A stretch of 64,000 bases of DNA. It comes from Dehalococcoidia bacterium (GTDB taxonomy: Bacteria; Chloroflexota; Dehalococcoidia; Lucifugimonadales; UBA3495). Each line of letters begins with the position of its first letter. Within the stretch, counting starts at the first letter, position 1. A model generated the notes under the pieces. That model was not told the DNA's origin and did not search any database. It was given only the letters and a program-made list of their open reading frames with translations. The stretch spans positions 2,819,136 through 2,883,135 of the forward strand of contig OZ244811.1 of assembly GCA_965220105.1 (NCBI GenBank), written 5' to 3'. Position numbers and translations under genes: made by a program. Of the stretch, positions 15,739 to 25,868 are shown one piece after another.

Positions 15739-18621
15739 TTAATCCTCTTCGTCGTCGTCATCGTCTCCGGGGTCGTCATCGGGGTCGTCTTCTGATTCTT
15801 CGCCGGCCAGCGGGAATAGCGGAGCCTGGCCGTTCACCGCAACGTCAGCGTCGCTATCGTCGCTGAAATCGGCTCCGTCAGCGTCGGCTCCGTCAGCGTC
15901 GGCTCCGTCAGCGTCGGCTCCGTCAGCGTCGGCTCCGTCAGCGTCGGCTCCGTCAGCGTCGGCTTCATCAACGTCGGCTTCATCAACGTCGGCTTCATCA
16001 ACGTCGGCTTCATATTGTTCGTCCGCCTCCGCGGCGATTTCCTCGGCCTGCTCCAGCACGGTGGCGGCGTGGCCGTTGGTGCGGGTCGGGTCGGACTGAC
16101 TGTAGTCGGTGGCGCGGAAACAGGCGATGGATACCACGCTGTCGTCGCCGCCGCGCTCCCGCCAGATGATGACTCCCTTGGTCTGCCGGGTGTTGACCAC
16201 CTTTACTTCGGCGAGGTTGATCCGCACCACCTGGCCGCGCGCCGAGATGATAAACACCTCGTGATCTTCCTGGTCGTTCATTTCGGCGGAGGTGACGATT
16301 TTGGCGTCAACCACCGGCCCAGTGGGTTTATCGCTCCGGTCCACGGCAAAGGTTTTTACCCCCATTCCGTTGCGCCCCTTTTCGCGATATATCGCTTCGC
16401 CCTTGCCGTTGTAGAGCGGTGTGGCTTTGCCATATCCCTTTTCGCTGACTACCAGCAGGTACTCGTCCTGGGGATTGTTGACCACATCAATCGCTACCAC
16501 CCTGTCTTTGCCGTTGAACTCGTCCTTGAACTTCATCCCGATGACGCCGCCAGTGCCGCGCTTGTGCGGAGTGATTTCGCCAGCAGAAAACATCAGCGCT
16601 TGCCCTTGCTCAGTAACCAGCATGATCGACGCGCTATCATTCGCCGGGCGAACGCCCACCAGTTCGTCGCCATCCCTGACTTTCACCGCAATCAGTCCGG
16701 ATGGACGCAGGTTTTTGAACTCTCCGGGATGCAGCGCCATGACCTGCCCTCGTCGTGTAGCAAACACATACAGATGTTCATACTCCCCACGCCGCGCCGG
16801 CACCATGGTTTGCACCTGCTCGCCAGGTTGCAGGCGGATCAGGTTTACCAGCAACATGCCCCGTGCCGTCCGGCCGGTATCATTTGGCGCCTCATACACG
16901 TTCAGCGGGTACACCCGGCCCTTGTTGGTGAAAAACAGGAGTTGATCGTGGGTGTTGACCACCTCCAGCTGCATCAGGGCGTCGTCATCCCGGTTGTTGG
17001 CGCCGCGCACGCCCTTGCCGCCGCGCCGCTGGTTCCGGTAGGTGCTGATGGGGACGCGCTTGATGTAGCCGCGCTGGCTCAGCGTTACCACCACGTCTTC
17101 CTGCACGATGAACTGCTCGATGGACTGCTCCTGCAACTCGGCCAGCTCAATGGCGGTGCGGCGTCCGTTGGCGTGCTTCCGCTTGAGTTCCCGGGTCTCG
17201 CGTTTGATTTCGGCCCGTATCTTTTGCGGGTTTTGCAGCAAATCCTCCAGCCGGGCAATGGTGGCCAGCAGGTCGTTGTACTCTTCGTCCAGCCGCTGCC
17301 GTTCCAGGGCGGCCAGCCGGCGCAGCTGCATGTCCAGGATGGCCTGGGCCTGAATCTCGGACAGGTCGAAAGTCTGCACCAGGTTGTTGCGGGCGGTTTC
17401 CACGTCCTGGCTGTTGCGGATGGTCTCGATGATGGCGTCGATGGCGTCCAGCGCCTTCAGCAGCCCCTCGACGATATGGGCCCGGTCCCGGGCGCGCCCC
17501 AGCTGATACTCGGTGCGCCTTCGGATGACATCTTCCCGGTGTGCGATGAAGTGGGAGATGAGGTCTTTCAGCGACAACTCCTGGGGCTGTCCGTCCACCA
17601 GCGCCAGCATGATGGCGTTGAAGGACGATCGCAGGGCCGTCCGCTTGTACAGGTTGTTCAGGATGACGGTGGCCTGGGCATTGCGCCCCAGCTCGATCAC
17701 CACGCGCATGCCCCGCCGGTCCGATTCGTCGCGGATGTCGGTGATGCCCACCAGGGTCTTATCCCGCACCAGCGTGGCGATTTTCTCCACCAGGTTGGCC
17801 TTGTTGACCTGGTACGGCAGTTCGCTGACGATGATGCGCTGCCGGTTCTGGCGGGTTTCCTCGATCTCGGTTACCGCCTCCATAATGACGCGGCCCCGCC
17901 CGGTGGCGTACATGTCGCGAATGCCAGCGACGCCCCGGATGCGCGCTGCGGTGGGGAAGTCCGGCGCCGGCACGATGGCCATCAGCTGGTCCACGTCGCA
18001 GTCAGGATGGTCGATGACGTGGCAGACGGCGTCGCAGATTTCGCCCAGATTATGGGGCGGCATGTTGGTCGCCATGCCCACGGCGATACCCGTCGACCCG
18101 TTCACCAGCAGGTTGGGCATCCGGGCCGGCAGCACCATGGGTTCCTTCAGGGAGTCGTCGAAGTTGTCGTTGGTGTCCACCGTCTGCTGATCGATGTCGG
18201 CCAGCATCTCGTCGGCGATGGCGGCGAGGCGCGCTTCGGTGTAGCGCATGGCCGCCGGCGGATCGCCGTCGACGCTGCCGAAGTTGCCCTGCCCATCGAT
18301 GAGCGGGGCCCGCATGGAGAAGTCCTGGGCCATCCGCACCAGCGCGTCGTACACCGAGCTGTCGCCGTGAGGGTGGAATTTGCCCAGCACCTCACCCACG
18401 ATGCGCGCGCTCTTGCGGTACTGGCTGCCGGGACGGATTCCCATGTCGTGCATGGCGTAGAGAATCCGACGCTGCACCGGTTTCAACCCGTCCCGCACGT
18501 CCGGCAGCGCCCGGGATACAATTACGCTCATGGCGTAGGACAGATACGACGTGCGCATCTCGTCTTCGATGGCGATGTCGGTGAAACGGTCGTTGGGTCC
18601 GGGCGGTGGGGCAGTCGTCAT
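15739..18621 (-). CDS. gyrA: DNA gyrase subunit A with extended acidic C-terminal tail
   Basis: 960-aa [40 protein letters not shown] and the AAMRYTE active-site Tyr region are present. The C-terminal ~110 aa are Asp/Glu-rich repeats. Confidence 0.97.
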   Translation of the reverse strand: MTTAPPPGPNDRFTDIAIEDEMRTSYLSYAMSVIVSRALPDVRDGLKPVQRRILYAMHDMGIRPGSQYRKSARIVGEVLGKFHPHGDSSVYDALVRMAQDFSMRAPLIDGQGNFGSVDGDPPAAMRYTEARLAAIADEMLADIDQQTVDTNDNFDDSLKEPMVLPARMPNLLVNGSTGIAVGMATNMPPHNLGEICDAVCHVIDHPDCDVDQLMAIVPAPDFPTAARIRGVAGIRDMYATGRGRVIMEAVTEIEETRQNRQRIIVSELPYQVNKANLVEKIATLVRDKTLVGITDIRDESDRRGMRVVIELGRNAQATVILNNLYKRTALRSSFNAIMLALVDGQPQELSLKDLISHFIAHREDVIRRRTEYQLGRARDRAHIVEGLLKALDAIDAIIETIRNSQDVETARNNLVQTFDLSEIQAQAILDMQLRRLAALERQRLDEEYNDLLATIARLEDLLQNPQKIRAEIKRETRELKRKHANGRRTAIELAELQEQSIEQFIVQEDVVVTLSQRGYIKRVPISTYRNQRRGGKGVRGANNRDDDALMQLEVVNTHDQLLFFTNKGRVYPLNVYEAPNDTGRTARGMLLVNLIRLQPGEQVQTMVPARRGEYEHLYVFATRRGQVMALHPGEFKNLRPSGLIAVKVRDGDELVGVRPANDSASIMLVTEQGQALMFSAGEITPHKRGTGGVIGMKFKDEFNGKDRVVAIDVVNNPQDEYLLVVSEKGYGKATPLYNGKGEAIYREKGRNGMGVKTFAVDRSDKPTGPVVDAKIVTSAEMNDQEDHEVFIISARGQVVRINLAEVKVVNTRQTKGVIIWRERGGDDSVVSIACFRATDYSQSDPTRTNGHAATVLEQAEEIAAEADEQYEADVDEADVDEADVDEADADGADADGADADGADADGADADGADADGADFSDDSDADVAVNGQAPLFPLAGEESEDDPDDDPGDDDDDEED
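15871..16020. repeat. 15-bp tandem repeats inside the gyrA 3' end (about 10 units)
   Basis: ggctccgtcagcgtc x6 (15871-15960), then ggcttcatcaacgtc x3 plus a partial unit (15961-16020). These encode GADAD and ADVDE pentapeptides. Confidence 0.9.
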
Positions 18622-18684
18622 GGTATGAGGCTCCTTGGGGTATACCGCAGCCGGCGACCGGAAGCCGCCCGGCTGTCCCAGCAG

Positions 18685-19335
18685 TTAGCGCTGCGAGGGC
18701 GCGCCGCTGGCGAATTCCTCGGCCCGTTCGACCAGGCCGAGGAAAAGATTGTTAAAGCTGGCGGGCAATTCGTCGGCGCGTTCCGGCAGAAATTGCACTC
18801 CGATTACCCAGCGGTGTTCTTTGCTCTCCAGTCCTTCGATCACGCCGTCATCCAGCTGGTACGCGATGGACATGAGCCGTTGGGCGCGTTGCGGCTCCCT
18901 GAGGCCCAGCCCATGGTGGGTGTTGACGCGAAACATACCGGCGCTGCCGATGATGGCCGCCACTTTGGAGCCCGGCGAAAGGTAAATCTGATGGCGGAGC
19001 GGTTCCGCTGAATCGGCCTCGCGATGGTGCTCGACTGATTCCGCAGGCTTACCGCCGAACCAGGTATTGAGCGTGTGCATGCCGCTGCCCGTGGCCAGCA
19101 CCGGCATGTCCACGTCCAGCGCCGCCGTTAGCAAGGTGAGGCCCAATCCGTGCGATTCAATGTGCTCGCCGGCGTCTGCCAGCATCAGGCCACCAACTCC
19201 GGCCAAAGCGTCTCCGGGCGACGCGCCGGGCGCCAGTACGCGAACCTGGCCACCCGCGGCTTCAACCGCGTTGATGGAGTAGTCGGGGTGGCCTCCGTTA
19301 CGGTCGGCAGCGGTTATGGCGATAATCGGCAGAAT
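18685..19335 (-). CDS. Class I glutamine amidotransferase-like protein (peptidase C26 / PuuD-like) with substituted catalytic residues; start uncertain
   Basis: The ORF track gives 18685..19206. The conserved N-terminal strand (LPILPIIAITAADRNGG...) continues upstream in frame to a TAG at about 19341, with no ATG/GTG/TTG (ATT at 19335, CTG at 19332). Family motifs are present but altered: ATGSGMH for GICRGMQ and GVQFLPE for GVQWHPE. Confidence 0.65.
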   Translation of the reverse strand: MLPIIAITAADRNGGHPDYSINAVEAAGGQVRVLAPGASPGDALAGVGGLMLADAGEHIESHGLGLTLLTAALDVDMPVLATGSGMHTLNTWFGGKPAESVEHHREADSAEPLRHQIYLSPGSKVAAIIGSAGMFRVNTHHGLGLREPQRAQRLMSIAYQLDDGVIEGLESKEHRWVIGVQFLPERADELPASFNNLFLGLVERAEEFASGAPSQR

Positions 19336-19665
19336 GGGTAAAACCTACCAGATATTGAGGCGAACCGCGTCGAAAATTACTACCTTTATTGTACTAAATT
19401 TCACGTATCCCCGCCCGTAGTTCTGCTGCGAGTTTCGGTAAAGCTACAACAAAAATGCCCACTCCCTTGCTGGCAAACTCTACTGGAAAACTTCGCCTCA
19501 CCCGTCACCGGGGACGTGGTGCGGCAATAACGTGGCAACTGCGACGTTTGTCGCTGCGGGTGTAGCGAACTCACTGGGTTGCCGCCTCCTTCGCCCCATT
19601 GATGACGAATTTATCGACGGTCTCCTCGACCGGAAATCGTCGGGGCGAAGTAGAACCTGTCGCCG

Positions 19666-20046
19666 CTAAGTATCGGCGCCCATGGGCTGATAGGCCAGGT
19701 CCAACTCCTCGGCAGCGTTCAGCAGCCGCCGGTCGATGGTCCACAGCTCCGTCGAATCCACCAACGCCGCCGACGCGAGCAGGTGAACGTCCACGTATCC
19801 GATCCCGCGGCCCATCAACCTGTGCTGTTCGATGAAGTAGAGTACTTCCGAATAGCCCGCCAGGGGTGTTGATGGCAATCGGCTTAAAACTCTAAACGTA
19901 TCCGTCCGGTCCCTCAGAAGTCCGCACGCCAATTCTCCGATCACCATCGCGTGGCACAAAACTTGCCCGGTTCGAAGGAGTCCAATCAGGTGGGGACGCT
20001 CACTCCGAAAATGATCGATCCACACCGACGTGTCCACCAATATCAC
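19666..20046 (-). CDS. vapC: Type II toxin VapC (PIN domain)
   Basis: 126-aa ORF. MILVDTSVWIDHF is the canonical PIN N-terminus. ATGA overlap with the upstream antitoxin. Confidence 0.85.
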   Translation of the reverse strand: MILVDTSVWIDHFRSERPHLIGLLRTGQVLCHAMVIGELACGLLRDRTDTFRVLSRLPSTPLAGYSEVLYFIEQHRLMGRGIGYVDVHLLASAALVDSTELWTIDRRLLNAAEELDLAYQPMGADT

Positions 20047-20240
20047 GGCAGCTCGCTGCGACGTCGTGGGATGGGCTGCAAATCAGGCATTGTTCCGCCC
20101 ATCCTGGCCAAACGCCTGGCGGCTTCCCTCTCCACCAGCGCCTTCAGGCCCGCATTCACCAGTTCAGAGGTTCCTTCGATACCGGTGAGCCAGCGAGCAT
20201 CTTCCAATAACTTATCGTCGAGCGTAACCGTCGTCCTCAT
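20043..20240 (-). CDS. vapB: Type II antitoxin VapB
   Basis: MRTTVTLDDKLLEDARWLTG... The ATG at 20240 is preceded by GGAGG. The ORF-track GTG at 20258 is probably too far upstream. Confidence 0.75.
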   Translation of the reverse strand: MRTTVTLDDKLLEDARWLTGIEGTSELVNAGLKALVEREAARRLARMGGTMPDLQPIPRRRSELP

Positions 20241-20345
20241 CCCATTCCTCCGATTCACTATGTAAGATGCTCAAGCACTCGCTAGCGCAATCATATTTTA
20301 CATCACAGTTTGCAGATTTTGATGCGCCGAGGTCTGGCGACGGGG

Positions 20346-21662
20346 TTACACCCCATCCTCCAGCACCATCCGGGCCACCTGCCGGCCCATCCGCACCGAG
20401 TAGTTGGTGCCCCGGTCTTCCGGGTAAATCTGCGTGGTGTTGGCCAGGTATAGACCCGGCACCGGCGTGCGGTGGTCGGGGATCTGCTCGCTGTAGCCCA
20501 CGCCGATAATTGGCTGCGCCCCGTCCACCCGGTGATGGTGGTACTCCACGATCCAGTCCCTGGCGAACGCCGGGTTGATGCTTTGCAGGTGGGGGATGAA
20601 CTCCTCCAGCAGGTCGGCCGGCTCCATTCGATACAGCTCGCTGCTCCGGTCCGGGTAGTTGGTCAGGTACACGATGTGATGCCCGCCGTACAGGTTGCGG
20701 TCGATCATGTTGGTGTGCTCGATGATGCCGACGAAAGGCAACGACCGGTCGGCCACGTTCAGCCAGTACTTTGACGACAGGGGCCGGTCCAGCACCAGGA
20801 TCATCAGCACCGCCGACAGGTAGCGCGCCGATTCCAGCACCGCCCGGTAGTCGTCGGGCAGCTCGGGTACCAACCGGGTGAACACGTAGGACGGAGCGGT
20901 GGCGATGACCGCGTCGTACTCGTGGGTGCGCTCATCCTCACCGTCGATAGCAGCAACCAGTCCAGTGGCAACGCCGTTGGTGACGGCAACCCGCCGCACC
21001 GACGCTCCGGTGTGCACCTTGCCACCCTGCTCGACCACGCGCTCGCCGCAGACGTCAAACACCGTGCCGAAACTGCACATTGGGTAGCCCAGCCGTTCCT
21101 TCTCCAGGCGTTTGCGCGACGACACCCGCAGGAATATTTTGCCCCACAGCCAGGTCATGCTCACCTGGTCATAGTAGTCACCGAACTTGCCCCGCAACAT
21201 GGGTTCCCAGATGACCCGCCAGGCGGCCTCCCCCATGTGTTCCCTGACCCATTCGGCGGCAGTGACGCCCTCGAATTTGCGCCAGTTGCGCGTCTTTTGC
21301 AACAGAAACGTCCACACCCCAAGGCGGATGCGGTCCGGCAGGCTCAGCGGGGAGAAGCGCAGCAGGTCCATGGGCGTGGCAAAGTCCCAGATGCGGCCAC
21401 CGTGAAACAAACCCACCTTGGACTCCAGCCAGTGCAGGGAGTCGCCCAGGCCCAGCTCATCGATCAGCTGCACCATGTCGGTGTCGCTGACGAACAGGTG
21501 ATGGTAACCGCGCTCCAGCTGCCCGCCGCCCACCGGGAAGGTTGACGCCTGCCCGCCCAGGAATGGCGCGACCTCGAACACTTCGGCGAAATGGCCGCGT
21601 TTGGTGAGCTCGTATGCCGCCGCCAGGCCGGCCGCGCCCCCGCCGACGATCCCTACGCGCAT
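20346..21662 (-). CDS. NAD(P)/FAD-dependent oxidoreductase (amine oxidase / phytoene desaturase-like)
   Basis: 438-aa ORF with the dinucleotide motif VGIVGGGAAGLAAAYEL...FEVAPFLGGQ. Confidence 0.8.
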   Translation of the reverse strand: MRVGIVGGGAAGLAAAYELTKRGHFAEVFEVAPFLGGQASTFPVGGGQLERGYHHLFVSDTDMVQLIDELGLGDSLHWLESKVGLFHGGRIWDFATPMDLLRFSPLSLPDRIRLGVWTFLLQKTRNWRKFEGVTAAEWVREHMGEAAWRVIWEPMLRGKFGDYYDQVSMTWLWGKIFLRVSSRKRLEKERLGYPMCSFGTVFDVCGERVVEQGGKVHTGASVRRVAVTNGVATGLVAAIDGEDERTHEYDAVIATAPSYVFTRLVPELPDDYRAVLESARYLSAVLMILVLDRPLSSKYWLNVADRSLPFVGIIEHTNMIDRNLYGGHHIVYLTNYPDRSSELYRMEPADLLEEFIPHLQSINPAFARDWIVEYHHHRVDGAQPIIGVGYSEQIPDHRTPVPGLYLANTTQIYPEDRGTNYSVRMGRQVARMVLEDGV

Positions 21663-21665
21663 TTG

Positions 21666-22766
21666 CTACCCATCCTGGGCGGCCGTCACGGCCGGGCCGT
21701 CGGGAGTTGTTTCCGGCTGGGCTTCGGGCAGGCTGGTCAATCGCCGCAACGACAGGTTGTATCGCAACAGCAATGCCACCCCCACCAGGTTGACCGGCAA
21801 CCACAACGCCACCAGGTGTACCGCCACCGAGTAGGACGCCGCCGCCGCCGAGCCGATGCCCAGCCCGACCAGCGTCTGCTGGGCCACCACCTCGAACGGC
21901 CCGATTCCGCCCACCGACGCCGGAATCGCCGTTATCAGGTTGGATGTCACCATGACCAGCAGTACCGCCAGCGCCAGCAAGCAAAGCGACGGGAAGTGAA
22001 GGTGCAGGTCAAAGGAATAGGCCAGGATCAGGTACACACCGCCTTCGGCCAGCCAAACCGGCAACGAACTCGCAAACAGCACGGCGTGCTTGCGTGGCGA
22101 ATTCAGCGATCCCAATCCTTCCACAAACCCGCGGATTATCTCCACCGCCATGGGTCGGAACCGGCCCGGCAGGATGCGGGTAGCGGCAATGAGCCAATCT
22201 ACCGCTCGCTGGCTCACCGCCAACGCCGTGAATATTGCCAGCGCGATCACGAAGCTGATTATCACGCCGGCCGCCAGCAGCGCCGCCGTGGTGCGATATG
22301 AAAAACTGGCCTCGTCGAACAGGCCGGCGGCCAACAGTATCGGCGCCGCCACCGCTCCAATGGTCAACAGGGTCAGCCCGTCGTACAGTCGCTCCACGCT
22401 CAGCGTGGCAATGGAAGCCGGCATGCTCACGCCACTTTCCCGTTGGGCCAGCAACAACGCCCGCACCAGTTCCCCCAATCGGGCCGGCAGGACGTTGTTG
22501 GCCATGTAGCCGATGATGACGACCGGATAGAGGCGTTTCACCGGTATGTGGGCCATCGGAGACAGCAGGAATTGCCAGCGCATGCTGCGGAACCACTGCC
22601 CGATGAAGTAGATGACGATGGCCGGGGCCAGGAAGAGGTAGTTGGCCGAAACCAGGGCATGGACCAGTTCGCTCCGGTCTACCAGCAACACCAGCAGCGC
22701 CAGCGTCACCACGCTGACCAGCACGCCCGCCCAGAACCGCCAGTTACCCAGCCAATAAGCCATCAA
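21666..22766 (-). CDS. Flippase-like membrane protein (UPF0104 / lysylphosphatidylglycerol synthase TM region family)
   Basis: 366-aa polytopic ORF. MRWQFLLSP...IGYMANNVLPARLGELVRALLL matches the family motif. Confidence 0.75.
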   Translation of the reverse strand: MMAYWLGNWRFWAGVLVSVVTLALLVLLVDRSELVHALVSANYLFLAPAIVIYFIGQWFRSMRWQFLLSPMAHIPVKRLYPVVIIGYMANNVLPARLGELVRALLLAQRESGVSMPASIATLSVERLYDGLTLLTIGAVAAPILLAAGLFDEASFSYRTTAALLAAGVIISFVIALAIFTALAVSQRAVDWLIAATRILPGRFRPMAVEIIRGFVEGLGSLNSPRKHAVLFASSLPVWLAEGGVYLILAYSFDLHLHFPSLCLLALAVLLVMVTSNLITAIPASVGGIGPFEVVAQQTLVGLGIGSAAAASYSVAVHLVALWLPVNLVGVALLLRYNLSLRRLTSLPEAQPETTPDGPAVTAAQDG

Positions 22767-22854
22767 ACGCTCGAAGCCACGGCGTTAGCATCCCCTGGCC
22801 CTTGATGGGAGAGGGTCAGGGAGCGGGTGAAATGCCAAGTCGCGGACGATGTCA

Positions 22855-25491
22855 TCATTGCCGATCGTACTGATAGTACTCGGCCCGGTACCAGTCGCTG
22901 TGCTGATGACGGGTCACGATGTACGACAGGGCCTGGCGCCACTTATTGGGATCTGTCGCGGTGTCGACGAAAAAATCCACGTCCCTGGCAAGCTGTTTCC
23001 CGAAGGATGTTTCTTCACGGCTTTCGCCCGGGCGGCGGTAGGTTTCAGGATACCATAGCAAATTTCGCATCGGCCCAATCTTGCCATAGACGAAATCCTC
23101 CTCTCCATCGATGGCGTGCCCACTTTCGGCCAGATAAACGGCCGGCGTGGTGTCTTCCCCCACGGTGCGGCAGGCTTCGGGGGTGGCATCGTCCTTCTTG
23201 TCATCGTCCTTCTTGTCATCATCCTTCTTGTCATCATCGCTGCTCTCGCCGCAGAAGGTGTCGAACTGCACCTTGCCCGCCTGCGTGTCATGCCTCACGT
23301 ACCACTGGAACGGGTACCACATATCGTAGTCCACCTTCACCGCCGGCGCGCTTTCGGCGGCCTCCAGCGCCGACGCTTCCAATTGCCCGTAGGTGTCGAG
23401 CAGGTCGGACGAACCCTGGGCGTAAGCCAGTATCTCGGGGTTTGAATCGTCGTAAGTGTACGCAACCCGAATCGCCGCCACCGTCCCAAATAGCAGTAGC
23501 AGGGCGGCAACTCCCAGGGCCGCCGCCCGACCGCCCTCCGGATGCCCCCGCAAAAGCCAGGCGATCAACACCGCAGCGGGCAGCAGTATCAGGCCGGCCA
23601 GCCACGCCGCAATGTTGGCGCCGACTTCGCCAGCGCCCAGCCAGGCTACCCATACCGCCACCCCGACCCACATCGGCGCCAGAAACATCAGCCAAAGGTT
23701 GCGTCGGCCCAGTTGATGCCACGTCACTCCGGCGGCCAGGTGGCCCAGATACATCCCGGCGGCCAGTGCCAGCGGCGGCGTGATGTTGACCAGCAGCCAG
23801 GGCATCTTCTCGCCGGCGATGGTGTAGACCGCCAGCGTGGCCACGACCCACCCGGCCAGCGCCAGCCCAAATCGCTCCCGCCGCCGAATGAGCCACACCA
23901 CCGCGATGAGTCCGAAGACCAACGCCAGCAACTCGTACACCGTCAATCCCACGGCGTAGTAGTACCAGGGCTGGTTCCCGCGAGCTTCCCCCTGCTGTGC
24001 CATCCAGTAGCCCAGGCTTTGCCACGACCCGGTGAAGATGCCGGCAGCGTTGGTGTACAGCGTGGTGTACAGCGCAGTCCACACCAGGTAGAAGATGCCG
24101 GCCGCTGCCAGCCACACGCCGCCACGCCAGCCGACCCCGACCTCAACGCTCACCACCAGCAGCGCCAATAACGCGGCCACCGGAATCAGATAGTTGACGG
24201 CCACCAGGCCCGACTCAAGGTCGGCGGCGGCGCGCACCCCTTCGGGCAGAGCCGCCCCGGCGAAGGCAACGTCCCCGGACGCCACCGCCAGCCACAGCCA
24301 GGTGAGCAGCAATACCGGGCCCAACACGAGGGTCATGCGTCGCACCGACAGCCCTTCCAGGCGCAGCACGACCACTGCGACGATAATCAGCGCGCCGGCA
24401 ATCAGGAAATTCACCACAGCCCCGCCGCCTGCTTCCCCGGCGCCCGATGCGTTGGCCAACGATACGTCGAAGGGTTGCAGCATAGCGATGGTGACGGCTA
24501 CCATCGCCGAGACCGTTGCGACCAAAAGCGTGGTCGCCAGGGTGGTGTCCCGAAAAGGATTCCGGCGGCGCCAGGCCCACCACACCGGGGTCAGAATTAC
24601 CCCAACGAGCGCCGCCGCCGCCAGCACGCTGACCCAGGCGGGGGCCTCCCACACCGGCAGCGTGACGAAGGGCGCTCCCCACACCGGCGCTCCGGTTTCG
24701 CCCGTCGACCCCTGGTCGGGCGCAACCAGCGTCAGCCCCAACGGGCCCTGCATTACCGACGCCATCGCGGCGGCCTGCGGCAACGTCAGCGCGGCCAAAA
24801 ACACGAAAAACCCGGCGGCGCCGCTCAACTCTGCGATGAGCCGCCGCCCGATGACGAATTCCCAGATATCCCGATGCCCCATTGCCAGCGCCGCCACGCC
24901 CAGAAACAGGATGATGAAGAACGCCGTTTCTTTCGTCGCCAGCATCAGCGCCACCACCAGCGCCGACCAGTACAGGTATCGGTTGCGACCGGTGGTGGTG
25001 TACCTCCAGAACAGAACCAGCAGCAGCAGCGCCCACACCGCCATCAGGATGTCGTTGCGCCCGAACCGGCTGAAATACAGCAACGTCGGCGACATGGCGA
25101 GGATCATCGCCGCGCCGGCCGCTCCCCAACGCCCGATCTGTTCCCGCAGGAAGTATGGCAACACCACCAGACCAACCCCGAACAGCGCGTAGGGCAACCG
25201 GGCGATAAAGTCGGTGTCGCCGATGAATTTGATGAACGCCGCCACCAGCTCGATTTGCAAGGGCCCGTGCATCCACGGCGAATGGACGAATTTGACGCCC
25301 TGGGCCAGCTTCCACGCAAAGTGCAAATGGATGGCCTCGTCGTAGTGCATCGTCCGCCCGTCCAGCTCCCACAGACGCATCCCGGCAGCCAGGACGGCGA
25401 TGAACACGAAAACCCATTCCAGCCGGCCAAACCTGGGCCAGCTAAACCCCGGCCGCAACCGGGACATGGCAATCCGGCCACGATTAATCAT
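22855..25491 (-). CDS. Large polytopic GT-C/PMT-like membrane protein, TIGR03663-like (function unknown)
   Basis: 878-aa ORF. The N-terminal region has MHYDEAIH (DE) and WMHGPLQ (HGP), which I recall as the invariant residues of TIGR03663. Many TM segments. The soluble C-terminal domain contains DDDKKDDDKKDDDKKDD. Confidence 0.7.
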   Translation of the reverse strand: MINRGRIAMSRLRPGFSWPRFGRLEWVFVFIAVLAAGMRLWELDGRTMHYDEAIHLHFAWKLAQGVKFVHSPWMHGPLQIELVAAFIKFIGDTDFIARLPYALFGVGLVVLPYFLREQIGRWGAAGAAMILAMSPTLLYFSRFGRNDILMAVWALLLLVLFWRYTTTGRNRYLYWSALVVALMLATKETAFFIILFLGVAALAMGHRDIWEFVIGRRLIAELSGAAGFFVFLAALTLPQAAAMASVMQGPLGLTLVAPDQGSTGETGAPVWGAPFVTLPVWEAPAWVSVLAAAALVGVILTPVWWAWRRRNPFRDTTLATTLLVATVSAMVAVTIAMLQPFDVSLANASGAGEAGGGAVVNFLIAGALIIVAVVVLRLEGLSVRRMTLVLGPVLLLTWLWLAVASGDVAFAGAALPEGVRAAADLESGLVAVNYLIPVAALLALLVVSVEVGVGWRGGVWLAAAGIFYLVWTALYTTLYTNAAGIFTGSWQSLGYWMAQQGEARGNQPWYYYAVGLTVYELLALVFGLIAVVWLIRRRERFGLALAGWVVATLAVYTIAGEKMPWLLVNITPPLALAAGMYLGHLAAGVTWHQLGRRNLWLMFLAPMWVGVAVWVAWLGAGEVGANIAAWLAGLILLPAAVLIAWLLRGHPEGGRAAALGVAALLLLFGTVAAIRVAYTYDDSNPEILAYAQGSSDLLDTYGQLEASALEAAESAPAVKVDYDMWYPFQWYVRHDTQAGKVQFDTFCGESSDDDKKDDDKKDDDKKDDATPEACRTVGEDTTPAVYLAESGHAIDGEEDFVYGKIGPMRNLLWYPETYRRPGESREETSFGKQLARDVDFFVDTATDPNKWRQALSYIVTRHQHSDWYRAEYYQYDRQ

Positions 25492-25680
25492 GGCAAGCCG
25501 GGCGGTCCCCTCTCTCCAGACCGGAGCGGGTTAGAGGCGGCCCCGGGCTTGACCCGGGGGTGAGGGTGAATTTCTGACCAGAAACCATTTACCGAAGTTT
25601 ACGCCGCGCCGTGCCGGGTGGATTCCGGCGGCCAACAAATTTACCACACCCACCCGTACGCTGGGGATACGTTGGGAAAG

Positions 25681-25850
25681 CTCATGCGTACCCGCTTTGT
25701 CATTGCGAGCGTAGCGTGGCAATCTCGTCGTCGTAGCAACGGCGGTTCGACGACGGGTGTTCAACCTCATCGAGATTGCCACGTCCCTCGGCGAGCTTGG
25801 GATGAGCGGGTGCTCCTCGTAATGACAGATTAAAGTGGGTAAGCGTGAGG
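25681..25850. repeat. Repeat family A, full-length copy
   Basis: ctcatgcgtacccgctttgtcattgcgagcgtagcgtggcaatctcg...gattgccacgtccctcggcgagcttgggatgagcgggtgctcctcgtaatgacagattaaagtgggtaagcgtgag. Inverse-orientation twin of 56878-57023. Confidence 0.85.
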
Positions 25851-25868
25851 TTAGGGAAGGCGAGGGTA

